From assembly GCA_002269645.1 (NCBI GenBank), contig NIVC01004290.1, positions 1 to 51,603 on the forward strand: a DNA stretch of 51,603 bases. Reading direction: 5' to 3'. The stretch is from Macrostomum lignano. Its lineage: Eukaryota. Below the pieces are notes generated by a model. It saw only the letters and a program-made list of their open reading frames with translations, made no database searches and was not told where the DNA came from. Positions within the stretch are counted from its first letter, which is position 1. Each line of letters opens with the position of its first letter. The translations under genes and the position numbers were made by a program. Shown here piece by piece: positions 1 to 12,031 of the stretch.

Positions 1-216
1 GGTTTTTGTCAGAGCACGAAGCGGTCAAGTCAGCACGAAGGGGTCAAGTCATAACACGAAGGGGTCAAGTCAGAGCACGAAGGGGTCAAGTCAGAACATA
101 AAGGGGTCAAGTCAGCACGAAGGGGTCAAGTCAGGACACGAAGGGGTCAAGTCAGAGCACAAAGGGGTCAAGTCAGAGCACGAAGGAGTCAAGTCAGGAC
201 ACGAAGGGGTCAAGTC
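1..216. repeat. 21-bp minisatellite (AGTCAGAGCACGAAGGGGTCA), about 10 degenerate copies, in the intron upstream of the FAT exon
   Basis: GGGGTC recurs at 61 and 82 (period 21); explains the spurious ORF 112..294. Confidence 0.9.
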
Positions 217-276
217 AAGACAGATAGAAAGATAAAAAAATGGAAGGTCAACCAAGGACACGCAGGGGTCACACAG

Positions 277-3200
277 AATCCTGAATCGTATCAACCAGCA
301 GCCCTTATCCCTTCTCCCTCGAAAACCCGCAGCCGCGTGGCCCGCTCCGAGCAGGCGCTGAGGAACTGGACTATCGAACTCCTAGTAGACTCAATCGAGC
401 CAACCTTGCGCGCCATACCCTGGTCGGACGCGCCAACGCAGAAGCGCGTATCGACTGGCCGCGCCTACGTTGGCTGCCTCGGCCAGATGCGGCTGAACGG
501 CCTGCCTTTGCCAGTCTCGAGCGGCAGCAGCAGCAGGCTCAGCCAGGCAACCTGCCCCGTGTCAGCCTGACCAGCGGGCACGAGGGCGCCACCACCGGCT
601 GTTCGAACACGTACTTTGCACCGCGTGCGCCGTGGCCCCCTGTCAGCACGCCGCGCGTGTGCAGCAACACCCCCGGCGGCTACCAGTGCCAGTGCGCCAG
701 CCCCTACATTGGGCGCCAATGCGAGATCAACACGGAGCCGTGCGCCGAATCGCCCTGCCTCAACGGCGCCACCTGCCACCAATCTGGCCGGCATTTCACC
801 TGCGAGTGTCCGGCCGGCCTGTCCGGCAGTCGTTGCGAATTCGGAATTTACTGCGGCCGCGACGTTAATCCCTGCGAGAACAACGCCAGATGCGAGGAGA
901 GCCCCAGCGGCGCCATCTGCCACTGCGGCGGCACCGGCTACCAGGGCCCGACCTGCGGCGTGGACGTCGACGAGTGCTCAGGCGGCGGCGCGCCAGCTGG
1001 CGGAGGCGGCGCCCGTCTCCCTGCGGCGGGCGAGGCGTGTGCGTGAACCAGCCGGCAGCTACTACTGCAACTGCTCGCTTGGCTACAGCGGCCGCAGCTG
1101 CGAGACTTTCCACGTGCCTGGCGTTGACAGCGGCAGCTCCGCCCTGTTAGGCCTCAGCTTCCACGAAGTTGTCGCCATACTGAGCTCCATCTCAATTATA
1201 TTGCTACTGGCTTTGACAATCTTCTTTGTGGTGTCCTACTGCAGCAGGCGGCGCGGCGGCGGCAGCGGCGGCGGAGTTCGTCGCCGACACGGCAAAGATC
1301 GACACGCCTCGTCGTCGGCTGCTGCCGCTGCAGCCGCAGCAGCCAAGAGCGCAGCACCCTGGGCAGCGGCACCTACAGGCAGTGCTCCAGCCACGACCCG
1401 GCCGAGGCCATGGCCCTGGTGACGCTGGCCACTGGCGAGACCTGCATGGTGCCGCAGCGCCAGCTGGACCTGCGCCACTCCGTGCCCAACTGCTACAGCA
1501 GCGAGCACAACCTGCCCGAGGCGGCCGCCGTTGCCGCCTCCTACGCCGCCTACGATAAGCCGCATCCGCCGAGGCCGTTCAGCTTCTACTCGGACACGGC
1601 CGGGACGCCAACCCGCTGCCTGACGCCCAGCTGCACCGCCACCATCAGCCGGCGCCCCAACCAGCAGCAGCAGCAGCAGCAGCAGCCGCATCACGGGCAC
1701 CATCATCATCAGCAGCACCACCTGCAGCCGGCGTTTCTGCATAGCCGAGGCTCCCGGCTCTACGCCAGACAGGGCGCCGGATCCGCTCTGGGCGACATCA
1801 TCGATGAGCAGGGTGAGCTCTCTGGGAGGCCTGTCTGTTTCTTTTTCGCTTCACATATACTACTTGATATCTAATCTATCTAAGTAGTATGCAACCGATG
1901 ACGCAGGCGGTATTTACATCTTAGCAGCTTGTTGCAGGCGTGCTAACTTTGTTTTTTCCCAACCTACTATAAGTAGTTCAAGCCTGTCAAGTTTTGATTT
2001 TAGACGTGTCCGTGCATTTTATTACTAGTATTTACTATTATTAATACTATTAATATTAGTCACATTTGCATTTGCATTGCATTGCGCCGGCTGGCTAGCG
2101 TGTTCTATGCATATTTGATGCTTTTTAATTTTCTGTTTTGCTAAATAGAATTTTCATAAAAGGCTATCAATGCTACTACAAGTAGATTTAAGTATCAAGA
2201 AATTGAACACTTCGAAATTATGAAAATTACTACCTGTCCCTGCTTCTATTGGTGCTGCCGCTGCTGCTGTTCTTCGATTTTCCCTTAGCCAAGTTCCCAG
2301 CAACTCTCCGATATATAGCTAATTACCTTTGTTTTGTTGTTATTTAAAAAAGAAGGTACTCATCATCGCTCTCCAATTATTTGCAGAGGTTCACCACTTT
2401 GGTGGTGTTGGTGGCAGCGTGTCACCGGCTGGCTCGCACGCCTCCCGGCAAGGTTGGTACCCCCCCCCCCCCCGAGTTGTAACCCTCCTAAGCCAGTCCT
2501 GCAACCCTATAATAATTTCCCATTCATTTGGCGTCTTTAAAATTTCATTTGTGCCGGCGAACTTTCCCGTTGAAAACGTTGCTGTGTAACCAGAATCGCT
2601 TTCATCGGGAAAGTCGCATGCGCGCACAACAAACACTAAAAAGCCATAACGCCATTCATTTGTTCAGCTTCATTTTGCATCCACACACAGCGTTTGCATA
2701 ATTTGCGATTGCAATGTAATGCGGTATAACAATATGTACTACTTAATCATTAATTTGTATTAACAAGCGTTGCCGCTAACTCACTAACTACTGTTACTAC
2801 TATGAGTAGCATCCCAGTAATATAGGAGTAGTCCTAGGCAGTCTCTTGTCCCCTATTGGTGTGTTGGCTTTGCTCTATATAGTCGCGCTTGCACGTTGTG
2901 GCGGTTTCGGGTCTGGATTTTTGTATATAGCTTTATATTATATGGTACTTAGTAAACAAGCATTATAATTCATATATTCGGCAGTTCTGTGTATGCTTAT
3001 ATAAGTTTCTGTTTGCTTTGTTTCTGTTTTGTCGGCTTTTCCTCCTACTTTAGTTTCGGAAGAAAAAGACAATAGCTTTTTTGCTAGCTCATATTCAGTA
3101 CTCGTATACTACTTATTAGTAGTTGCATTTTCAGCGTTTAACTCTTTAGTCAGATGCTGCTTTGTAATTTCATTTACACAGCCGCATCGTTTCTCGTCTG

Positions 3201-4805
3201 CGATACTTGGATTCCCCCAGCTTGGATTCCCCCAGCTTGGAATTCCCCCAGCTTGGGATTACCCCAGCTTGGAATTCCCCCAGCTTGGATTACCCCAGCT
3301 TGGAATTCCCCCATATTGGGATTCCCCTACCTTAGGATTCCCACAGCTTGGGACTCCCTAGATTTGGATTCTACCAGATTGGGATTCCCCTAGCTTGGAA
3401 TTCCTCCAGATTGGGATTACCCCAGCTTGGAATTCCCCAGATTGGGATTCTCCTACCTTAGGATTCCCACAGCTTGGGACTCCCCTAGATTTGGATTCTC
3501 CCAGATTGGGATTCCCCTAGCTTGGGATTCCTCTAGATTGGGATTTCCCCAGCTTGGAATCCCCCCAGATTGGGATTCCTCTAGATTGGGATTGCCCCAG
3601 ATTGGGCTTTCCCTAGATTGGAATCCCCCACTTAAGATCCCTCAGCTTGGGATTCCCCTAATTTGGGATTCCCCAGCTTGAGATTCCAGCGCCTTGGGTT
3701 TGTTCTTATAGTGGGATTTACTTCTCCTAGCTTTCTTTCTGTAGGCTCGAGACTTTCTCTTCCCCTGCTGGAAGTAGTAAGCTTCGGTCAAGGATCGCCT
3801 GATTAATCTACTTGGTTTGACAGCCAGTGAAACTCCAGTGAAACTTCGCATGCCTAACCAAATTGCATTGAACTATAAAACACACTGAAAAAAATGCTCG
3901 TCTTGAAATTTTGCAAGCACTTTATGGGTGATTTTTAATGTAGCAAACCTAATCAATACGATCGCTAACTACTGGTCATTGATTTGAAACCGCAGGCTAT
4001 CACTGGACACGTCGGACTGGAACACCGGGCCCGGCAACCCGCCCGACCTCATCCCGGACAGTCCCTACTGCCTGTACGCCCCCTCGGCCGCCGCTGCTGC
4101 CGGCGCCAGCCAGGCATCGAGTCTGGCCGGCTCGCCAGCGCACAGCCACAGCGGCCGCTGCCAGCACCAGCTACAGCAGCAATACTATCAGCAGCAGCAG
4201 CAGCAGCACCAGATGCTCCGGCCAACTCCCGTCCATGGCGGCAGGATGATGCAACAGCATATGGTGATGATGGGCAGCTCCGAGTCTCTCGGCGCCGGCA
4301 GCAACTGCAGCGGCAGCTACAGCGGCAGCGTGGGTCCCAGGCGGCCCAGCCTGCAGCGGATGCTGCTGGCCAACCCCGGCGCCTACCTGCCCCAGTACGC
4401 CGGCTCCGCCTGCGACTTCGACGAGGCTCGCGAAGATCTTGAGGAGGCCGACGAGGAGGAGAGCTCCCGGGCTGCTCTACTGCCTGGCAGCGGCGGCGGC
4501 GGCGCCAACTCCGACCAGATGACCACCTCGACGTCGACGTTCCGCGCGGTGGCGGCGGCAGCAGCATCGGCGGCGGAGGGACTGCCACGGCTTCGACGAA
4601 GACGGGCGGCAGCGGCAGCACGGAGATCGGCTCTGGCGGCAGCGCGACACCCATCATGGAGGAGCGGCCTCCACTGCCCTCGACGTACGTGGCGGCAACG
4701 GCGCCAGCAGCATCATCGGCCGCCAGCTCCGGGGTATCGGAGAAGACCCCGCCAGTGCAGGTCCAGGTGGAGAAGCGGCAGCCAGCCAATGAGACTCTGG
4801 CCTGA
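277..4805 (+). CDS. FAT1-like: FAT1-type atypical cadherin, 3' part: end of LamG, 4 EGF repeats, TM and intracellular domain. Exons about 277-1812, 2387-2452 and 3996-4805; frameshifted as assembled
   Basis: LamG end YVGCLGQMRLNG. EGF series (GGYQCQC..GRQC; CAESPCLNGATC; EFGIYC..GAICHC; DVDECS..GSYYCNCS) has the same order and wording as vertebrate FAT1. TM EVVAILSSISIILLLALTIFFVV. Phase-1 GT-AG introns 1813-2386 and 2453-3995. Intracellular motif GYHW-DTSDW appears after restoring one G at about 4006. Stop TGA 4803-4805. The 277 acceptor is tentative. Confidence 0.85.
3205..3682. repeat. About 16-bp degenerate minisatellite (TTGGGATTCCCCCAGC) in a FAT intron
   Basis: Tandem near-palindromic GGGATTCCC/GGAATTCC units; source of the LGFPQ-type ORFs. 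Confidence 0.9.
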
Positions 4806-6491
4806 GCTGGGATCATTAATAACACACTAATCTGGCATTTTCTTATATCATGCGATTTTGCTTATAGACAGCTTGAAACCGGAGGCTGATGTGCATAGTC
4901 AAGGTCTTAATAATGAACACTATGATTCCCCCCATCCAAACCAGCAATAGTCTGATCCTGTTAAATATCGATATATGATGATCACTCAACACGTCTTTGT
5001 CAAGCAATGCGTTCCTCCGATTCGCAACACCGCGTTTTTTTTTATAAAAATACTTCTCATGATTAATATATTTTGCTATTACTAATATTTTATATGCTGA
5101 ATAAAATCTGCGCAGTCACAAAACTTCGCTTTTTACGTAAGTATCAATTTTTAGCACATTTTCTATCAAATTCGCTGTATACGCTACTCAGAGCAGCAGT
5201 GTGCGTATTTGACTGTCAGTTTTTAATGCAATTGCCGTTCTTCTAAGTGTTGTTCAACCCGCTTTGCTGTTTTTGTCTTTCGGATGCGATATACAATGGA
5301 ATATGAAAACTTAAATGAGCAGAATCAGGATTCCATACAATAATTACGTGTATAAAGTCGCTTGGCAACTTTAACTAGTCTAACGGTGACAACTGTGCAT
5401 GCGGCTGGCCCTAACATCAATAATAAGTATTGCTTCAGCACAGCCATATGGAATAATTGTACATACCTGTCCGTGTCTTAGCGCACTGATTCTTTTACTG
5501 AAGGATAGTTCCATGTTTTTTAAACTGATTAGTACTATATGTAGCGCATCCACAGCAGTTCATTGTGTTACAAACAACTACAAATATTTGACCACCTCAT
5601 TTTTGCTAAATTTGAGTTGCTTTGCTTTTTCTGTGCTTGCGTTTTGTTGTGCGATTTTTTTGCTTGTTTTGAAAGCGCAGCTCTTTATGACGATTGCTTT
5701 CGCTTGCTAAAAGTGAGTCAGATGAAGCTTCAACTACAATGTCGGCCGCAGTTACCTCAACCTTTGATTGGAATGTAAAGCTATAATATACATTAATAAT
5801 TGACCTGTTGCAATCAGGGCCTCACAACAGGAATCAATTCTCGTGTCTGCTAGAAGACAGACAGGCTTTGCCAGTTTTTTATTATATACTACTCCAAGTA
5901 GTATCATTTTGGGTGCATAAGAATTAGGATACATCACAACACATAAACAGTGTGTTGGCAGCGCGGAGATCTTGACAATTATAATTATTTTTACTGATAA
6001 AATATTGTTCTAAACAATTGATTGCATGCGCCAAACTGCCTACTTATATTAGTAGTCCTAAGAAAATAATCTGATACAACGATGCTCTCTCTCTGCAGAT
6101 GACAAAATGTAGCAATAAAAATAGTTAAAAGAAACAACCTCGCAAACTATTGAAATGAGGAAATTAATTTTTCTTAGAAATTCGGCTAATGCGATAAACA
6201 AAAGGTTAAGCAAAGCTAGCCAATTATTTGCCAATTCCAAGTAGTAAACGTACAAGTGTGAGATATGTAAAAATGGTGCCAAAGCTTAACAAAAATACAT
6301 TCACAGCTATGATTAACTTTTCGATCAGAGATAAGTGAAGAAGATAGCTAGGAGATATAGCAGAATGAAGATTGCTAACACTACAATAACCTATGCTAGT
6401 ATTGCAGAAAGTGCATTCGAACTGCTTTTTTCGACTCGTGATCTCTGAATAGGACTCTCAAAGAAAGTGTCCACGTCCCGACTTCAGAGTA

Positions 6492-6690
6492 AAAATCCCA
6501 ATCTTTAACTCCCTAGTCCGAAAATCCCAATCTTCAACTCCCAAGTCCAAAAATCCCAATCTTCAACTCCTGATCCCAAAAATCCCAATCTTCAACTCCT
6601 GATCCCAAAAATCCCAATCTTCAACTCCTGATCCCAAAAATCCCAATCTTCAACTTCTGATCCCAAAAATCCCAATCCCAATCTTAAAAT
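6492..6690. repeat. 29-bp minisatellite (CCCAAAAATCCCAATCTTCAACTCCTGAT), about 7 copies, just past the PPP1R2 stop
   Basis: Direct inspection of tandem units. Confidence 0.9.
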
Positions 6691-6711
6691 CCGCGTACCC
6701 CGACTCCCCGA

Positions 6712-9323
6712 TCACCCGGATTCCATGCCAACCGCTTCGTCGCATTTCTCCTCGTCATCTTCGTCCTCCTGACTCTGTTGCCTAGCAACAAGCGCCGCCT
6801 GGAACTCATTGTAGTGCTGCTTCCGTTTTAACCGAAATTGGCGCCTTCTCTCCCGCTCCTCGGCGCTCAGCTCGCTCTCGTCGGCGTCCAAATCGTGCAC
6901 CGGCGACAATGGCGCGTTGGCGCCGGCGCCACCAGAATCGGCGGCCTCGGCGCGCAGCCGGGAGGCCAGCAACTCGGCCGGCACTGCGTCACCAAAGCTG
7001 GCGCGGCGGGTCCGGGGCTGCCCGCCGCCACCACTGTCCTGGTCCTCATCTTCCTCGGTGACCGGCTGGGCCGCCTCGTAAGGCGTCGGCGCTTCGTCCA
7101 CCTTCATGTGGCCGTAGTCCTTGCCTGGTTGGGGTGCGGTAGGTTCCAAACGGGGAGCACTGAGTCACTGAATCAGCGAAAGGGGGATCTGGGATCACTG
7201 AGTCACCCTGAGGGACTGGGAGGATCTGGGATCACTGAGTCACCCTGAGGGACTGGGAGGATCTGGGATCACTGAGTCACCCTGAGGGACTGGGACGACC
7301 TGGGATCACTGAGTCACCTTGAGGGACTGGGAGGATCTGGGATCACTGAGTCACCCTGAGGGACTGAGAGGATCTGGGATCACTGAGTCACCCTGAGGGA
7401 CTGGGAGGATCTGGATCACTGAGTCACCCTGAGGGACTGAGAGGATCTGGGATCACTGAGTCACTCTGAGGGACTGAGAGGATCTGAGATTACTGAGTCA
7501 CCCTGAGGGACTGAGAGGATCTGGGATCACTGAGTCACCCTGAGGGACTGAGAGGATCTGGGATCACTGAGTCACCCTGAGGGACTGAGAGGATCTGGGA
7601 TCACTGAGTCACCCTGAGGACTGGGAGGATCTGGGATCACTGAGTCACCCTGAGGGACTGGGAGGATCTGGGATCACTGAGTCACCCTGAGGGACTGGGA
7701 CGACCTGGGATCACTGAGTCACCTTGAGGGACTGGAGGATCTGGGATCACTGCGTCACTCTGAGGGACTGGGAGGATCTGGGATCACTGAGTCACTCTGA
7801 GGGACTGAGAGGATCTGAGATTACTGAGTCACCCTGAGGGACTGGGAGGATCTGGGATCACTGAGTCACCCTGAGGGACTGAGAGGATCTGGGATCACTG
7901 AGTCACCCTGAGGGACTGGGAGGATCTGGGATCACTGAGTCACCCTGAGGGACTGGGAGGATCTGGGATCACTGAGTCACCCTGAGGGACTGGGAGGATC
8001 TGGGATCACTGAGTCACTCTGAGGGACTGGACGACCTGGGATCACTGAGTCACCTTGAGGGACTGGGAGGATCTGGGATCACTGCGTCACTCTGAGGGAC
8101 TGGGAGGATCTGGGATCACTGAGTCACCCTGAGGGACTGGGAGGATCTGGGATCACTGCGTCACTCTGAGGGACTGGGAGGATCTGGGATCACTGAGTCA
8201 CTCTGAGGGACTGAGAGGATCTGGGATTACTGAGTCACCCTGAGGGACTGGCAGGATCTGGGATCACTGAGTCACCCTGAGGGACTGGGAGGATCTGGGA
8301 TCACTGAGTCACTCTGAGGGACTGAGAGGATCTGAGATTACTGAGTCACCCTGAGGGACTGGCAGGATCTGGGATCACTGAGTCACCCTGAGGGACTGGG
8401 AGGATCTGGGATCACTGAGTCACTCTGAGGGACTGAGAGGATCTGAGATTACTGAGTCACCCTGAGGGACTGGGAGGATCTGGGATCACTGAGTCACCCT
8501 GAGGGACTGGGAGGATCTGGGATCACTGAGTCACCCTGAGGGACTGAGAGGATCTGGGATCACTGAGTCACCCTGAGGGACTGGAGGATCTGGGATCACT
8601 GAGTCACCCTGAGGGACTGAGAGGATCTGGGATCACTGAGTCACTCTGAGGGACTGAGAGGATCTGAGATTACTGAGTCACCCTGAGGGACTGAGAGGAT
8701 CTGGGATCACTGAGTCACCCTGAGGGACTGAGAGGATCTGGATCACTGAGTCACCCTGAGGGACTGGGAGGATCTGGGATCACTGAGTCACCCTGAGGGA
8801 CTGGGAGGATCTGGGATCACTGAGTCACTCTGAGGGACTGGGACGATGGGATCACTGAGTCACCTTGAGGGACTGGGAGGATCTGGGATCACTGAGTCAC
8901 CCTGAGGGACTGAGAGGATCTGAGATTACTGAGTCACCCTGAGGGACTGAGAGGATCTGGGATCACTGAGTCACCCTGAGGGACTGAGAGGATCTGGGAT
9001 CACTGAGTCACCCTGAGGGACTGGGAGGATCTGGGATCACTCACTCAACAGTCAGTTATTGTCAGTTAAGCTCAAAGTCTACCTGCAGGGTGGTAAGTGG
9101 CTAGAATATTCATCTCGTCCCATTGGAACAGCTTGTGGGAGGCAGAGCCAGCTGTGCTCTCGTCTGGTGTCAGGCCATCCTGCTGTTGCTGCTGTTTCAA
9201 CCGCATCTGCAGCTGCTGCTGATGCTCTGGTCGCAGCTGTTGCGACAGACGATGATGGTGACTGCGAGACTTTAGAATGCCCTTTTTGGGTCGCAGGTTG
9301 AGTGGCGGGGGAATGTTGGACAT
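6712..9323 (-). CDS. PPP1R2: Protein phosphatase 1 inhibitor-2; exons 9323-9083 and 7124-6712
   Basis: All hallmark motifs present: KKGILK (SILK-type), [31 protein letters not shown] (spliced across a phase-1 GT-AG intron 9082-7125) and FRLKRKQHYNE. Confidence 0.95.
7158..9042. repeat. 37-bp minisatellite (GAGTCACCCTGAGGGACTGGGAGGATCTGGGATCACT), about 50 copies, filling nearly the whole PPP1R2 intron
   Basis: AGTC at 7201 and 7238 (period 37); high unit identity. Confidence 0.97.
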
Positions 9324-12031
9324 TTGCTAGGCTTTGCTGGACCCGATTGGCCAATCATGGGGAAATTTGCGAAGTCATTTTTTATTAAAATATTCATGAA
9401 GTTCAAAATTTATCTATACAATAATATTTTGCCTTTAATATATGTATAGCTAGTTTTGTATAATGATAATTATGATAAAAGCGGAATAAGAAGAAAAGAA
9501 GACCTAGTATATACACATTATAAGCATTAAAATAGTTTAAATTATGCATGATGAATTATATACATATTTATTTATTCAATTTATTCCCAATCAAATAATT
9601 AAGAATAGCAAGGACTACTGAAATAACATATTTAAATTTTCTAAACAAAATTTTAAATTTCTTTCTAAACAAATGCAAAAACCATTAAAATTCAAACAAA
9701 GATAAAGTGCAAATGAATCACATATTAAAATAATTCTGATCTATTTAAATTTTAAACAAAAGTTAAACCAAATCAAACAAAAATTATATTCCTAAAAAAG
9801 ACATAAAATTTCAAAAAAACTGATCAAGGTAATTATAATTATTTTTTGACAAAATACTTGTTTTTGTGATTGTTATTGTTATTGTTTTAACAAGTTTTCT
9901 AGAATTCATTATAATATTCTTTTTGTATACTGTAAAATATATTACATTGACTTTGTTTTATTTAAGAACTAATAGGTAAAAAAGAAAATTTTGAAGAAAT
10001 AGGGCAACAAACAATGTAAAAGCACAATAAACATATGTTTAAATAGCTCATAGCTGCATTGTTGCCCAGGTAATTTCTAATTTTATTTATTGATATGGTG
10101 TAAGACTAAATTATTATAGACTAGCATTTCGCATGCATAATTTAGCATGCTATAGCCTGGAATAGTACTGTAGTATAGAGCCATCAAATAACAGCAATTG
10201 AAAGGAACAAACGAAATTGAATCAATAGCCAAATCATATTAAACTTTTAACTCGCTTGCTCGCTAAGCTAGCTAGCAAAAAAACTTTTCACGCTGTAAAT
10301 TAAAATCCCGCCAGTCATACAAAAAGTATGACGCGAAAATTACGTTACTTTCAACGTTACAGATTTACTTTATTATAAAAGTTGAGAGGTTCCTACGTTC
10401 CTTATTAACTGCTTTAAAGAGTTGACTTCTCTAACTTAAAGTGTTACTCGTGGAAATCTGCTACACTGTATCGGCAGATGAATCATTTCTGTTCAAACTA
10501 AGACCATATTTTGCTTCTTTAGGTAACATGTATTACATGTAGCTAATCTGCAACAACAGTAGCAATGATTCCTTAAACGCTCGCGAGGCATTTTTTAGGA
10601 GGGCAATTTTTAGAGAGGTAATTTAGTTCTTGCACTGTTTATTGTTAGCTTTATGGTTTTGGTTACCCAAACCTGTATGAGTTGACTCTGTCTACATGTA
10701 CATGTGATGTACATATGTATATGTACAAGCACCAATCGTGACATGTGTATGTGATGTAGTTTGATTCACATAACTATCTCCTTGTCAAATGAAGAATCTT
10801 AGCAGAGGATTTTTCCCGAGATCCATCTTGGAATTGGATTTAAAATAGTTTTTTGTATAGATTTGAAAACTCAGGAAAAGTTATTCGGTTTTTTAAGAAT
10901 TGTTCATTTCCATGAATTGCTTTTAATGGTGTTTAAATGTGATTTGAGTTTAGTCCAACGTATGAAAAGTGATTAAATACAGGTGATACTAAATACGATG
11001 TACTGAAATATGGTAACAGCTGGTTTCACTCACATACATGTATCATTTAAATGAAATGAACCAATAATGCAAGTAGCATATAAAAGCGGCAAGCAACAGA
11101 CCATATTATGTACATTGAAGCTGTGAACATGAATATGGTCATTTTATTAGTTTGAAAATATCATTTTATTAGTCTGAAAAAACTTTGAAAATAGATTCGT
11201 AATGAGGCGAATTCGCGAAATACAGATAACTTTAATTTCATGGCTTGTTCATAAGTAACGTACTAAGATCAGAATTAAGTACATGCAACTGGTATCTCCA
11301 GAGAAGGAGATGCAGTTTTACATATTTATATAGCTTTATTTTGTTAAAGTGCCGACAGAATTAGGCTGGCCAAAAAGAGACCAGTCAGGTAAAGATTTGA
11401 GCAAACACCGAGACGAGAAACTATTATAGCTGCCCCCAAAACTCTGCACACGAAAGTTGAGAGAAATATATAATGGGAGCGCATAAATAAGTCGACTCGG
11501 ATTCCAATGCATGCAGCTATTTACTGTAGGAACACCCCAGCAATGAATGAAAGGGAGAGAAAATGTAAACATTGGAGAGGAGGTGCGGTAGGAAGTTGAT
11601 ACTGTACTGAGGTCCTCGTCTCTCGAATACAGTATGCTGTACACCTACAGGTGAACGTACAATTTACCTGTCAGCTCCACCCTCACGCTCTGTTGGTAAC
11701 GACTCTCGGCAAAGACTTTTTTCAAAACTTCCTTTCTACTCCTGTGCAAGTTTTGCATCGGTTGTCATTGACAACGCCGTGAAGCTTCCTTCCCCTCTCT
11801 ATGCTCTCTCTCTCCTCTTCTCTCCTCTCGCCCTGTGTCCCCATATGGTATGCAGACAGCAGCGCAGAGAAGCAAAGGGGCGTTGTCCCTCATGGACAGA
11901 GGCGCTGAGGTGGGGGCGCACGGAATCGAGAATCGCTCGATAAAAGGCATTGGCAGCTCTGGTTTGCAGTTACAACGGCTGTTTGAAGCAATAGTTAGTT
12001 ATATCATTGTGCAACTCCTAGCCAAGCCAGT

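Noticed and set aside
657-1220. EGF repeats plus TM as Notch, Delta or Crumbs
   Set aside because: An upstream LamG end, only four EGFs in FAT1 order, a long tail with GYHWDTSDW, and no ankyrin repeats, DSL domain or ERLI end indicate FAT
7158-9042. CRISPR-like appearance of the 37-bp (and 31-bp) repeats
   Set aside because: Units are contiguous with no unique spacers, there are no cas genes, and the context is a eukaryotic intron
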